64,000 nucleotides of DNA from Acidobacteriota bacterium (GCA_965217775.1 CBDCJH010000002.1:2048001-2112000); one strand, 5' to 3'. Shown: positions 49,521-60,163, numbered from the stretch's first letter. Translations and numbers: made by a program. Notes: generated by a model not told the origin, from the sequence alone.

Positions 49521-51023
49521 ATGGCGACACCGGTCCTTGAAGCCCGGAAGATCAGCAAACGATTTCCAGGGGCCCTGGCTCTGGACCGGGCGGATCTCCA
49601 GGTCCACGGCGGCGAAGTCCTGGCCCTGGTGGGCGAAAACGGCGCCGGCAAGAGCACCTTGGTCAAGATCCTGGCGGGCGAGGAATTCCCGGACTCGGGA
49701 CAGATCCTCATGGATGGATCTTCCGTCCAAATGGCGTCGGTCCAGACCGCCACCGGGCTGGGTGTGAACCTCATCCACCAGGAACTGAACCTCTCGGACA
49801 ACCTGGACGTAACGGCCAACATTTTCCTGGGACGGGAGCCCCATCGTTTCGGATTCCTCAACCATCGCCGGCTGGAGCAGGCGGCCCAGCCGCTTCTGGA
49901 ACGGATCGGGCTCGACTGCCCTCCCTCCACCAAGGTTGCCCGGCTCTCCATGGGCCAGCGGCAGTTGGTGGAGATCGCCCGGGCGCTGGCGGCCCGGTCC
50001 CGGGTCCTGATCATGGACGAGCCCACGTCGAGCCTCTCCCAGGGCGAGACCCGGAACCTGTTTCGGACCGTTCGGGAACTTCGAGCCGAAGGGGCGGCGG
50101 TGATCTACATCTCTCACCGGCTGGGCGAGGTCAAGGAGTTGGCCGACCGGGTCCTGGTGCTGCGCGACGGCTCCAACGCCGGCGAGTTGGCCCAAGATGA
50201 GATCGATCACGACCGCATGGTGCGGCTCATGGTGGGCCGGGACATCTCCAGCTATTACGGTCAGGTTCCCGACCAGCAGGGCCCGGTCCGCCTGGAGGTC
50301 CGGGACCTGCGGACTCGGGACCATCCGGGGCACCGTCTCGAACTTGAGGTGGGAGCCGGGGAGATCGTCGGCTTGGCCGGGATGCTGGGATCGGGCCGCA
50401 GCGCGCTGCTGGGCGCCCTTTTCGGCACTGACCCGGCCTTGGGCGGCAGCGTTCGGATCGACGGTGCCCCGGCCCGGATTTCCAACCCCATCGAAGGGAT
50501 CCGGAAAGGCATCGCCCTGGTCCCCGAGGATCGGAAACAACAGGGTCTGATCCTCCGAATGGGTGTGGAGGAGAACATCTCGCTGGCCTCCCTGAGACAC
50601 CATCGGCTCCGGGGCGGCTTCATCAACCGCCGTCTTCACCGGCGCCAGACGGCCCATATGATCACCAGACTCGGCATCCGAACGCCCGGCGCCGAAACCA
50701 CCACCGAGCACCTCTCGGGCGGAAACCAGCAGAAGGTGGTTCTGGCCAAGTGGCTTTCCCTGAAACCGAAGGTCCTGCTCCTGGACGAGCCCACACGCGG
50801 CATCGACGTCGGCTCCAAACAGGAGATCTATCACCTGATCGAAGCGCTCTCCGAGGAAGGGACCGCCATCCTCTTCGCCAGCAGCGAGATGGAGGAGATC
50901 CTGAGACTCTCGCGGCGGGTCCTGGTGATGCACGAAGGGCGGATCAGCGGGGAGCTGTCCCAGGCAGACCTCCAGGAAGAAACGGTGGCCCGCCTGGCCA
51001 CCTCCCCGGAGGCAGCCGCATGA
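49521..51023 (+). CDS. Sugar ABC transporter ATP-binding protein (CUT2, two ATPase domains)
   Basis: GENGAGKST, DEPT, LSGGNQQK and DEPTRGIDVG motifs. Confidence 0.95.
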   Translation: MATPVLEARKISKRFPGALALDRADLQVHGGEVLALVGENGAGKSTLVKILAGEEFPDSGQILMDGSSVQMASVQTATGLGVNLIHQELNLSDNLDVTANIFLGREPHRFGFLNHRRLEQAAQPLLERIGLDCPPSTKVARLSMGQRQLVEIARALAARSRVLIMDEPTSSLSQGETRNLFRTVRELRAEGAAVIYISHRLGEVKELADRVLVLRDGSNAGELAQDEIDHDRMVRLMVGRDISSYYGQVPDQQGPVRLEVRDLRTRDHPGHRLELEVGAGEIVGLAGMLGSGRSALLGALFGTDPALGGSVRIDGAPARISNPIEGIRKGIALVPEDRKQQGLILRMGVEENISLASLRHHRLRGGFINRRLHRRQTAHMITRLGIRTPGAETTTEHLSGGNQQKVVLAKWLSLKPKVLLLDEPTRGIDVGSKQEIYHLIEALSEEGTAILFASSEMEEILRLSRRVLVMHEGRISGELSQADLQEETVARLATSPEAAA

Positions 51024-52156
51024 ACAAGTCGCGGGGCATTCTGCTCCTGTTGCTGGCGGTCTCCGCCTTCAGCGCGCTGATGAATCCGGACTTCCTGACG
51101 CCTTACAACCTGCAGAACATCATCCGTTGGACATCGCTGTTCGGGATTCTGAGCATCGGTGTGGCCTTCGTCATCATCACGGGGGGAATCGACCTCTCCA
51201 TCGGCTCCCTGGTGGGCCTGGTGGGGTGTCTGCTTCCATTGCTCCTGATCGACCAGGGCATGGGAGCCGCCGGGGCCCTGGGGACGGTCCTCGCCGTCAG
51301 CGTTTTGGTTGGACTCGCTCACGGACTCCTGGTCACCCGGCTGCGGCTCCAACCCTTCGTGGTCACCCTCTGCGGCCTGCTCCTGTACCGCGGGTACGCG
51401 CGTTATCTGACGGCAGACCAGACTCAGGGTTTCGGGACCGGATTCCAGGAACTCAAGCAGTTGGCCACCGGCAAACCCGTCACGCTGGCGGTTCTGGCCG
51501 CCGTGGCCGGAGCGGCCATTCTGATCTGGACTTTGGTCCGAAGAATCCGGAGACGGACCGACGCGGATCCCCCGGCGGCGAAGACCCGCAGGCTAGGTGC
51601 GGCGGCGGGCGCCCTGCTGGTTCTGGCCAGCGCCGCGGTCCGGTTCGGCGACATCCAACCAATCTCCCGAATCCTGATCCCGGCCCCCTTCCTGATCATG
51701 ATCGTCCTGGCGTTGCTGGCGGGGCTCTTCCTGAACCACACCATCTACGGCCGCTACCTGCTGGCCCTGGGCCGGAACCGGGAGGCCGCCCGCTATAGCG
51801 GGATCGACACCGACCGCATGGTGATCCTGGCCTACGTCATCTGCTCCCTCATGGCCGGCATCGGAGGCATCCTCTTCGCCCTCGACATCAATTCCATACA
51901 ACCGTCGGGACACGGCAACTTCTACGAGCTCTACGCCATCGCGGCGGCGGTGCTGGGGGGATGCAGCCTGCGGGGAGGCGAGGGCTCGATCCTGGGCGTG
52001 GTGCTGGGAGCCGCGGTCATGCGGGTGCTCTACAACGCCATCAATCTCCTGGGGATCCCCACCCAACTGGAGTTCGCCATCATCGGGGGAGTCATCCTGG
52101 CCGGCGTGGCGGGAGACGAGCTGGTCCGCAAGGTCGTGGCGCGGCGCCAGTCGTGA
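51020..52156 (+). CDS. Sugar ABC transporter permease (RbsC-like)
   Basis: GGIDLSIGS and YELYAIAAAVLGG.SL.GG.G motifs; ATGA overlap. Confidence 0.93.
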   Translation: MNKSRGILLLLLAVSAFSALMNPDFLTPYNLQNIIRWTSLFGILSIGVAFVIITGGIDLSIGSLVGLVGCLLPLLLIDQGMGAAGALGTVLAVSVLVGLAHGLLVTRLRLQPFVVTLCGLLLYRGYARYLTADQTQGFGTGFQELKQLATGKPVTLAVLAAVAGAAILIWTLVRRIRRRTDADPPAAKTRRLGAAAGALLVLASAAVRFGDIQPISRILIPAPFLIMIVLALLAGLFLNHTIYGRYLLALGRNREAARYSGIDTDRMVILAYVICSLMAGIGGILFALDINSIQPSGHGNFYELYAIAAAVLGGCSLRGGEGSILGVVLGAAVMRVLYNAINLLGIPTQLEFAIIGGVILAGVAGDELVRKVVARRQS

Positions 52157-52160
52157 CGGA

Positions 52161-52961
52161 TCAGTCCATCCGGGGCTTGGCGCCGTAGTATTTGAAGGAG
52201 GGGATGAGATGGCCGGCGGTGATGCCGCCATCCACCTGAATCACCTGCCCCGTGATCCAGTCGCTGTCGCTGCAGGCCAGAAAGACCGCCGCGGCCGCAA
52301 CGTCCGCCGGCGTCCCGAAACGGGAGAGGGGCGTGTACTGCATCCAGGCGGCATACAGCGGGCCGTCCTTGTCCGGGGGCGGATCCTTGGGTACGGGCAC
52401 GGCTCCCGGGGCGATGCAGTTGGCCTGGATGTTGTATTCCCCCAGATCGAAGGCGGCGCCGCGGGTGAAGTTGAGGATTCCCGCTTTGGTGGCTTCGTAG
52501 AGGGAGCAGTAGTGGGTTCCGCCCAGTCCATGGACCGACGACATGGTGATGATCTTGCCGCTGCCTTGGGACTTCATGGCCTGGGCGCCGATGCGGACCG
52601 TCAGGTAGGTTCCGATGAGGTTGGTCCGAACCAGCTTCTCGAACTCTTCCACCCGGGTTTCCAGCAGCGGTTTGGCCAGGCCATAGCCGGCATTGGCCAC
52701 GACGATGTCCAGGCGGCCGAAGCGGTCCAAAGCAGCATCCACCATGGCCTGGACCTGGTCCTCCCGGGAGATATCAGCCTGGACCAGGAGGCTCTTCCTG
52801 CCGAGGCTCTCCACCAGGTCGGCCGTCTCCTGTCCCCCCGCCCGGTCGCTGTGGTAGTTGACGACGCAGTCGGCGCCCTCCGCGGCGAACGCCCGGCAGA
52901 TGCCCGTACCCAGTCCCCCGGAAGACCCCGTCACCAGCGCCACCTTGTCCTTGAGTCTCAT
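52161..52961 (-). CDS. SDR family oxidoreductase
   Basis: TGSSGGLG, NAG and YEATK motifs. Confidence 0.92.
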   Translation of the reverse strand: MRLKDKVALVTGSSGGLGTGICRAFAAEGADCVVNYHSDRAGGQETADLVESLGRKSLLVQADISREDQVQAMVDAALDRFGRLDIVVANAGYGLAKPLLETRVEEFEKLVRTNLIGTYLTVRIGAQAMKSQGSGKIITMSSVHGLGGTHYCSLYEATKAGILNFTRGAAFDLGEYNIQANCIAPGAVPVPKDPPPDKDGPLYAAWMQYTPLSRFGTPADVAAAAVFLACSDSDWITGQVIQVDGGITAGHLIPSFKYYGAKPRMD

Positions 52962-53011
52962 GCGTCCCTCCCCGCCATCCATCTGAAGTGATCTCCGGTT
53001 TCGCTCACCCT

Positions 53012-53040
53012 GGGAGGGGGGACATTTTGTCCCCCTCTTC
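53012..53040. repeat. Short GC-rich palindrome (REP-like)
   Basis: GGGAGGGGGGACATTTTGTCCCCCTCTTC, matches 15253-15281. Confidence 0.65.
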
Positions 53041-53134
53041 GTCTCCTATCCGGAACCGCCGGCTGGAATGTCTCCACTCCCAAATTCCCTTTTTCTGCCG
53101 GGATTGAGCCGGCCCGCGCCCGGTGGGGACCTTC

Positions 53135-53254
53135 CTAGTCCACAAGGCGATCCTCAATGCTCGACACCCGTCCATCCAGCCTCTCCAGACATTCTTTAAT
53201 CTGGTAAAGAAAGAAACACATCACTGCTATTCCGACAACTGTGAGTACGCTCAT
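53135..53254 (-). CDS. 39-aa small membrane protein (TM helix plus short coiled coil), not in the ORF track
   Basis: AGGAGGGGGAAGT-ATG; MSVLTVVGIAVMCFFLYQIKECLERLDGRVSSIEDRLVD*. Confidence 0.6.
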   Translation of the reverse strand: MSVLTVVGIAVMCFFLYQIKECLERLDGRVSSIEDRLVD

Positions 53255-53583
53255 ACTTCCCCCTCCTGAACCCGTTTAAACAGATAAGCCGATTCAATGG
53301 AGTCAGGACAACCCATCGTGCCTCTCCACTAGCCTTTCATTGTAGACCAGACGTCTTTTGAACAGTGCCTCGTGCAGATCCGGAGCAACATCCCTGTAAT
53401 GCCGTGACGCGCACATGGACGCTGGACAGGATGATTCGCTACTCTCGGAGCCTCTCAATCACGCGCAGAAATGCAGTCCACCAACCCCGACATTTCGAAT
53501 CTCCGGCAACTCATGCGGTTGATGGAACGCGAGGGATGGAGCTGCCGAGCTCTATGAGCAGGGTGTCAGCTGGATCTCGACCC

Positions 53584-54591
53584 ATGCCGGACCGGCCCCT
53601 TCTTGACCGGGTGACCGTCGTCGCCGGCGCGACGCGCGGCGCCGGCCGCGGCATCGCCCGCATGCTCGGGGCGGCGGGAGCCACCGTCTACTGCACCGGT
53701 CGCAGCGTGCCGGGCCGCCCCGCCACGGCCGGGCGACCCGAGACCATCGAGGAGACGGCGGAGATGGTCACCGCGGAGGGTGGCCGGGGCATCGCCGTAC
53801 GCACCGACCACACCATCGAGTCCGAGGTCGAGCAACTCTTCACCCGCGTCCGCGACGAACAGGATCGGCTCGACGTCCTGGTCAACGACATCTGGGGCGG
53901 CGATGCGCTGACGGAGTGGGGATCGCCATTCTGGACGCTTTCCACGGCCCAGGGCATAGAGTTGCTCGAGCGCGCCGTCCACAGTCACATCATCACGAGC
54001 CGGCACGGTGCACCGCTGATGGTCGAGCGCAATGCCGGGCTGATCGTCGAGGTGACCGACGGCGATACGCTTGGGTATCGGGGAAACCTGTTCTATGACC
54101 TGGCCAAGAACGCCGTGATCCGGCTCGCCTACGCGATGGCCGCCGACCTGCACGCCCACCACGTCACCGCTCTGGCGATCACCCCGGGCTTTCTCCGCTC
54201 CGAGGCCGTGCTCGACGCCTTGGGCGTCACCGAGGCGAACTGGCGGGACGCCATCAAGAAAGATCCCTATTTCGCCGAGTCCGAGACGCCCTGCTTCGTC
54301 GGCCGAGCGGTGGCGGCGCTGGCCGCTGATCCCCATGTCGAGCAGAAGAACGGCGGACTGTTCTCAAGCTGGGGACTGGCAAGGGAGTACGGCTTCACCG
54401 ACCTCGACGGGCGGAAACCCGACTGGGGCCACTTCTTCACGCGCAAGGTGCAGGAAGTCATCGAACGGGACACGGCGCCGGACGACATGGACCGTTTCGT
54501 CGTTCGCTCCCGGCTCTACCAAGCCGAACTCGACCCGTCGGCGGTCGAGGAAGCCGCGCGCCTGCGCGCTTGGCTGAACCGACAGAAGTGA
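53584..54591 (+). CDS. SDR family oxidoreductase
   Basis: VAGATRGAGRG, VYCTGRS and YDLAK motifs. Confidence 0.9.
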   Translation: MPDRPLLDRVTVVAGATRGAGRGIARMLGAAGATVYCTGRSVPGRPATAGRPETIEETAEMVTAEGGRGIAVRTDHTIESEVEQLFTRVRDEQDRLDVLVNDIWGGDALTEWGSPFWTLSTAQGIELLERAVHSHIITSRHGAPLMVERNAGLIVEVTDGDTLGYRGNLFYDLAKNAVIRLAYAMAADLHAHHVTALAITPGFLRSEAVLDALGVTEANWRDAIKKDPYFAESETPCFVGRAVAALAADPHVEQKNGGLFSSWGLAREYGFTDLDGRKPDWGHFFTRKVQEVIERDTAPDDMDRFVVRSRLYQAELDPSAVEEAARLRAWLNRQK

Positions 54592-54656
54592 CGCGAATCG
54601 CTCTCCACTTCTTCCATCTCAAATTCACGATTCCTGGATGTTGCTATACTCGCGCG

Positions 54657-57428
54657 ATGAGAACACTCGGACTCCTCCTCTCCCTGATCCTTACCCTTTC
54701 CCCACTGCAGGCAGCCAGAAAGACCGTCTGGGTCGAAGACTCGTTTGAGGACTTCGCCGACGGGCGGCTGGACGCCTCCGGCCAGAACCTGTACGTGAGC
54801 CGGGACGGCTCCATCCGAACCATCCATCGCTTCGACCTGAACCAGGACGGATTCCTGGACCTGGTCTTCAACAGCACCCACGACACCGCCGGATACCTGC
54901 CGGGAACCCTGGTCTCGGTCAATTCGGACGGGAGCTTCCGTGAGTCCCCTCTGGCGGTGGAGGGGAGCAAGGGAATCGCCGCGGCGGATCTGAACCGGGA
55001 CGGCCACCCCGACCTGGTCTTCTGTCCCAACCACGGCGGCATCCAGAATCCGCGCCGGCTGCTGACCATCATCTGGGGAGGTGAAGACGGCTGGCCGGCC
55101 TCCCGGAGCAACGGGGTCCTTCCGGTGTACGGCGCCCAAGCCGTGGCCATCGCCGATCTGAACCGGGACGACTGGCCCGACATCGTGACTCTGAACCGGG
55201 AGGCGTGGCTTCCGGGACAACCCGAGGGCAACATCGTCCGCATCTTCTGGGGCAGCGAACGCGGATACCTTCTGGCGCGACGGTTGGATCTGGGTGTCCC
55301 AGACGGCACCGATCTCGTCGCCAAGGACCTGGACGGGGACGGAGGCCGGGACGTGGCAGTTCTGGCCAAACGCAACGTCCAACTGTTCTGGTCCGCGCCC
55401 GGCGGAAAGACGGAAGCTCCCGAATCGACCCGGATCCCGCTTCCGGGCACCGGAGGGATCTGCCTGGAGGCGGACGACGTGAACGGGGACACGCTCGCCG
55501 ACCTGCTGGTGGGCACGGGGGGAGACGACCTCTACATTGCGGAGGGGAGTCCGGGAAGACAGTTTCAGACGGCGGTCTCGATCCCGGCGTTTCCCGCCAC
55601 GCACCTGGCCGCGGGGCAGTTGGACGGGGACGGCTGGGTGGATCTCATCCTGGTGGATCTGGCCCTCTCCCGAGCTGGAGGAGGAGAAATCGCCGGAGCC
55701 GGCCGCGACTCTGACAAGGTCCGAGTGCTGTGGGGCGGTCCCTCCGGGTTTTCCAGAGAAGACCGTTTGGACCTGTACGCTCCCTTCGCCTCGGCTGCCG
55801 CCATCGGCGACTTGAACGCCGACGGTCACGCCGACGTGGCGCTGGCCCGCTACCAGGGCTCCGAAAGCTTCACCACCGATTCCTGGGTCTACTGGGGCAA
55901 CGGCGCCCGAGCGCTGGTACAACCGTCCCAGGGAGCTCAGACCATGGGCGCGACCGACGTCGTCGTCATCCCCGCCCGCGACTCGGTTCCGGCCCATGCC
56001 GCCTTCTCCAACAGCCGAAAGGGGACCGTGGACGAGAAGGTGCCGCTTCAGGTCTATTGGGGTGGTCCCAAGGGCTTCGACGCCGATTCCGTCTGGGAGA
56101 TCCCGTTTCAGAGCGGATACGAGTCCACCGGCGCCGATCTGAACGCCGACGGTTACGCCGATCTCGTGGTCCTGAACTCGGGCCACGGCGGCGCGGCGAC
56201 CCTGGCCTCACCCATTCTGGGAGCCAACATCCTGTGGGGAGGCGCCGGCGGGTTCGACCTGGAACGCCGGACGACGCTGCGCGAGCTCAATCTCGGGTCC
56301 AGCAACGTGGCCGATCTGGACCGGGACGGATATTTGGACTTGGTCCTAGGAGCCTTCGAGGACAAGGACCCGGAGACCGACGAAGAACTGGTCATCCACT
56401 ATGGGACAGACCAGGGATTTGACGGCAGCCGCAGAGCCGCCGTCCTCTCACCGGGACGGTCCACCGGATGCGCGGTGGCCGACTTCAACCGGGACGGATG
56501 GCTCGACATCGCCGTTAGCTCCAGCATGGCAGACCGGGTCCGAGTCTTCTGGGGCGGTCCCGGAGGGTTCGACGCGAAACGGCAGGGAGGCGTGGATTCC
56601 CCCATGCCCATCAGCCTGGAAACGGCGGACCTGAACCAGGACGGCTTCCTGGACCTGTTGGTGGGAAGCTACTACGACAAGCCGGCCGGGCACCACGACA
56701 CGGGAAGCCTCATCTTTTGGGGTTCGCAAGCGGGGTTCCGGGCATGGAACTCCCAGTGGCTGCCGGGATTCACACCCATCGGCCTGGCCGTAGCCGACTG
56801 GGACGGCGACGGGTACCTGGACGTCTTCTCTCCCCACTACCACGCCGAGCTCACCCGCGAGTCTCTTCCCTGCTACCTCTATTGGGGAGGACCCGATGGT
56901 CTGCAAACCCGGAACCGGACCATCCTAATCTGTGATTCGGCCCACGACGCCCAGGCGGGCGATTTCGACCGGGACGGACGCCTGGACGTGGCCGTGTCGT
57001 GCCATACCAAGGACGGCGACCACCACACCCATTCCCGAGTCTATTTCAACGACGGCAACCGCTTCGCCGATCCCCGGGTCCAGTTCCTGCCCACCATCGG
57101 GCCCCACTGGATGGGCGACCAGGACATGGGCCACATCGTCCATCGACGCTGGGAGCAGACGTACGAGTCGTCTGTGTTCCAGTGGGAGGAAACCGCCGGT
57201 GGCGCCACTCTCGAGTATCAGGCCGACGCCCCGGAAGGAACCAGCCTGGGCTTCGAGCTACGGACCGCGGACACGCCGGAGGCGCTGCAGGGAATCGACT
57301 GGAGACCCTTCGAGGCGAACACCACGGTGGAGGAGACCGACCGCTGCCTCCAGTATCGGGTGACCCTTAGGTCCGATAACGGAGACCGTTTCGCGGTTCT
57401 CAAGCGGGTCGCAATCTCGCTGGAATAA
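54657..57428 (+). CDS. Exported FG-GAP/VCBS repeat beta-propeller protein
   Basis: Signal peptide MRTLGLLLSL; repeated DLN.DG..DL and (F/Y)WG; paralog of 25171-27972. Confidence 0.9.
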   Translation: MRTLGLLLSLILTLSPLQAARKTVWVEDSFEDFADGRLDASGQNLYVSRDGSIRTIHRFDLNQDGFLDLVFNSTHDTAGYLPGTLVSVNSDGSFRESPLAVEGSKGIAAADLNRDGHPDLVFCPNHGGIQNPRRLLTIIWGGEDGWPASRSNGVLPVYGAQAVAIADLNRDDWPDIVTLNREAWLPGQPEGNIVRIFWGSERGYLLARRLDLGVPDGTDLVAKDLDGDGGRDVAVLAKRNVQLFWSAPGGKTEAPESTRIPLPGTGGICLEADDVNGDTLADLLVGTGGDDLYIAEGSPGRQFQTAVSIPAFPATHLAAGQLDGDGWVDLILVDLALSRAGGGEIAGAGRDSDKVRVLWGGPSGFSREDRLDLYAPFASAAAIGDLNADGHADVALARYQGSESFTTDSWVYWGNGARALVQPSQGAQTMGATDVVVIPARDSVPAHAAFSNSRKGTVDEKVPLQVYWGGPKGFDADSVWEIPFQSGYESTGADLNADGYADLVVLNSGHGGAATLASPILGANILWGGAGGFDLERRTTLRELNLGSSNVADLDRDGYLDLVLGAFEDKDPETDEELVIHYGTDQGFDGSRRAAVLSPGRSTGCAVADFNRDGWLDIAVSSSMADRVRVFWGGPGGFDAKRQGGVDSPMPISLETADLNQDGFLDLLVGSYYDKPAGHHDTGSLIFWGSQAGFRAWNSQWLPGFTPIGLAVADWDGDGYLDVFSPHYHAELTRESLPCYLYWGGPDGLQTRNRTILICDSAHDAQAGDFDRDGRLDVAVSCHTKDGDHHTHSRVYFNDGNRFADPRVQFLPTIGPHWMGDQDMGHIVHRRWEQTYESSVFQWEETAGGATLEYQADAPEGTSLGFELRTADTPEALQGIDWRPFEANTTVEETDRCLQYRVTLRSDNGDRFAVLKRVAISLE

Positions 57429-57507
57429 GCGGGCCCAGTCCCGACTCCCAGTCCCCTGGACACCGGAGGGTTCGGGGAACGCGTTCCAGCGGTGGCGACG
57501 ACCGGCC

Positions 57508-58611
57508 CTATTCTCCCTTCAACACCGAATCGATGAACCGGAAGGCTTCGTGCCGGACTTCGTCCGGGAACTCGTGGCCGCAGTCGGGATGCCGGACGAT
57601 GAGGTTCTTCTCATCGCCCAGGAGGCGGTAGACGGGCCTCGCCGCGGCGACGCAACGGTCGACGCTCCGCCATTGGAAGTTGCCGTCTCTCCGCGGGGCA
57701 TTTACGAAGATGGGACGCGGGGCCAGAGCACCCAGCAACTCGTGGAAGTCGAAGGGGATCTCCTCCAGCCGAAGCCGGTAGTTGGACAGCCGGGGCATGT
57801 AGCGGATTTGGCACCAGCCCTTCCCAAAGTACCACCGGGCCAAGTCCCCGCCGTAATAGTCCAGATAGGAATCGAATCCGCAACTGCTGACCACGGCCTG
57901 GATGCGCCGGTCCAGCACCGCCGTATAGATAGCGTTGTGCCCGCCCAACGATTGGCCGATGGCGGCGAATCCCTTGGTGGGGTCCACGTAGGGCAAGGAG
58001 GCCAGCAGGTCCAGGCCGCGGGAATTGTCCCAGATCGCCTTCATGGTGCCGCTCGCATAGCCGAGGGCTCCCAGATTCGGCCAGTAATTGGCCATGTGAG
58101 GATAGGCGGGCGAAAGGGTGACGTAGCCCCGCTCGGCCAGCTCCTTGGCGTAGGCGCGTCCACGCCGGGATCCCGATTCGACGACGACCTTGTGTCCCAC
58201 TTCCATGTTGGTCCCGTGCAGGCAGAGCACCGCCGGGGCCCGCCGCTTTCCCACCAGCACCTCCTTGGGAATGCAGAGGTACGCCGGAGTGCGCGACCCC
58301 GGTTCGGACTGGTAGGTGATGAGGCGCCGGACGTGGGTCCCGCGATCAACCTCCTCCACGACCCGAGGTTCCAGGGGGACCCGCCGATCCTCGCCGGGCA
58401 TCTTGCCCATCACCTCCTGCATCCCCCGGATGATCTCGGCTCGCCGAAGTTCCCAATCCGCCGGCATCTCGACCGGACGGATTTTTCCCTGGGAATCCCG
58501 ATATTGGAGTAGTTCGTTGCGGTCCAGGCGGACGTGCTCGCCACTGCCTGCGGCGACGGGTTCGATCACGACCAGGAAGAGTCCCCAGAAGAGGAGCAGG
58601 AATGAGCTCAT
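57508..58611 (-). CDS. Alpha/beta hydrolase (dienelactone hydrolase/esterase-like), exported
   Basis: LCLHG, nucleophile GQSLGG and C-terminal GHEF. Confidence 0.85.
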   Translation of the reverse strand: MSSFLLLFWGLFLVVIEPVAAGSGEHVRLDRNELLQYRDSQGKIRPVEMPADWELRRAEIIRGMQEVMGKMPGEDRRVPLEPRVVEEVDRGTHVRRLITYQSEPGSRTPAYLCIPKEVLVGKRRAPAVLCLHGTNMEVGHKVVVESGSRRGRAYAKELAERGYVTLSPAYPHMANYWPNLGALGYASGTMKAIWDNSRGLDLLASLPYVDPTKGFAAIGQSLGGHNAIYTAVLDRRIQAVVSSCGFDSYLDYYGGDLARWYFGKGWCQIRYMPRLSNYRLRLEEIPFDFHELLGALAPRPIFVNAPRRDGNFQWRSVDRCVAAARPVYRLLGDEKNLIVRHPDCGHEFPDEVRHEAFRFIDSVLKGE

Positions 58612-58648
58612 GGCATCGTCTCGGCGGTGCGGAAGGGCAGGTCCGGCA

Positions 58649-59602
58649 TCAGGGCGTGTCGAGGGATTCTCCCGGAGATACAGCTCCCGCTCTCTCGGTG
58701 ATGGGGAGATAGTCCCGGATGCTCCGGTTCTCGTCGAAGTTGAGGGCGTGTTTTCTGTACCTCGCGGTCTGGTCCAGGTCGCATTGGGCCACCACCAGTT
58801 CGTCCTTCAGCGTGGTTGCCATGGCTACGATCTCTCCCTCCGGCGAGATGATGCAGCTCTGGCCGATCTGACTCACCCCCGCTTCGACCCCGGCCTTGGC
58901 GACGCCCACCACCCAGACGCCGTTCTGGTAGGCGCCCGCCTGCATGCAGAGCAGGTTGTGAAACCGGGCCAACGGCGCCTTCCCGGGACGGTCCGGCCAC
59001 GAGTCGGGGGTGTTGTATCCCAGCAGAATCAACTCGGCGCCTCGCAGCGCCAGCACCCGGTAGGTCTCGGGCCAGCGGCGATCGTAGCAGGTGCACAGAC
59101 CCACGACTCCGCCGAAGGCACGCCAGGTTCGAAACCCAAGGTTCCCCCGATCGAAATAGTACTTCTCCAGGTTCTGGTACCGGTCCCCGGGTTGGAACTC
59201 GGCGTTTCCTGGCAGGTGGATCTTCCGGTACTTGCCGATGATCCGGCCGTCCTTGTCCACCAGGATCGAGGTGTTGTAGCGGCGCGCCTGACCGTCCTCC
59301 CGGGTCAACTCGGCGTAACCCAGGTGGAACCCGATGCCCAGCTCCTTGGCCTCGTCGAACAGTCTCTGCGTCTCCGGTCCCGGCATCTCCCGCTCGAACC
59401 AGGCGTCGATTTCGTCCTGGTCTTCCATGTGCCAGTGGGCGAAGAAAGCCGTCAGGGCCACTTCCGTGAAGACCACCAGGTCGCAATCGAGGCGGCTCGC
59501 CTCCCGCATCTGGGACAGCAACCGTTCCACGACGTCCGCGCGGGTTTCGGAGCGGGAGACGGGTCCGGACTGGGCTGCGGCAACGGTCAGGATTCGTGGC
59601 AT
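58649..59602 (-). CDS. N-carbamoyl-D-amino-acid hydrolase (nitrilase superfamily)
   Basis: E-K-C triad: FTEVALT, YRKIHLPG and CYDRRWPE; LGYNTP. Confidence 0.9.
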   Translation of the reverse strand: MPRILTVAAAQSGPVSRSETRADVVERLLSQMREASRLDCDLVVFTEVALTAFFAHWHMEDQDEIDAWFEREMPGPETQRLFDEAKELGIGFHLGYAELTREDGQARRYNTSILVDKDGRIIGKYRKIHLPGNAEFQPGDRYQNLEKYYFDRGNLGFRTWRAFGGVVGLCTCYDRRWPETYRVLALRGAELILLGYNTPDSWPDRPGKAPLARFHNLLCMQAGAYQNGVWVVGVAKAGVEAGVSQIGQSCIISPEGEIVAMATTLKDELVVAQCDLDQTARYRKHALNFDENRSIRDYLPITERAGAVSPGESLDTP

Positions 59603-59701
59603 GGTCTTCAGCCGTCAAGATGGCGCAAGTCAGCGCTTGGCGCAAGTATGACCTGCCACAGACAATGCGTTCGAGAGCAGTCACTGAACCCTTCGTATAC
59701 A

Positions 59702-60163
59702 ATGGCTCGGATGCTCGCCAAGCTTTTCCTCATTCCGGTATTCGTCTTCCTTTCGTTCTCCAGTATGGCGGGTGCCGACAAGGCGACTTTAAAGCGGATC
59801 GTAAGAAACATGATCTGCGTTTGCGGGTCGTGCTCCCACCTCGTAGACGACTGCGGAGACGAGTGCGGCATGGCTCCCCAAATGAGTGCCAATATCCAGA
59901 AGAGACTCGACAGCGGAATGACGGAGCAGGAAATCTTCGCGGTGTACGAGAGCGAGTTAGGACTCAAGATCCATGCTGCCCCCAAAACCGAGGGCTTTTT
60001 TCTTCTTGCGTGGGTCCTCCCCTTCGTCGCCCTGACCTGCGGGGGCGTTCTGGTCGTCATCTTCCTCAAGAACCGGAAAGAGCCCGAGCCGCAGTCGAAG
60101 ACCCGCCGCCGGCGCCTATCTGCCAAGCACCGCAAGATGCTGAACCGGGAACTGGCGGAGTAA
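59702..60163 (+). CDS. ccmH: Cytochrome c-type biogenesis protein CcmH-like
   Basis: Signal/TM segment, MICVCGSC...C..EC, AAP...GF.LLAWVLP TM segment. Confidence 0.75.
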   Translation: MARMLAKLFLIPVFVFLSFSSMAGADKATLKRIVRNMICVCGSCSHLVDDCGDECGMAPQMSANIQKRLDSGMTEQEIFAVYESELGLKIHAAPKTEGFFLLAWVLPFVALTCGGVLVVIFLKNRKEPEPQSKTRRRRLSAKHRKMLNRELAE

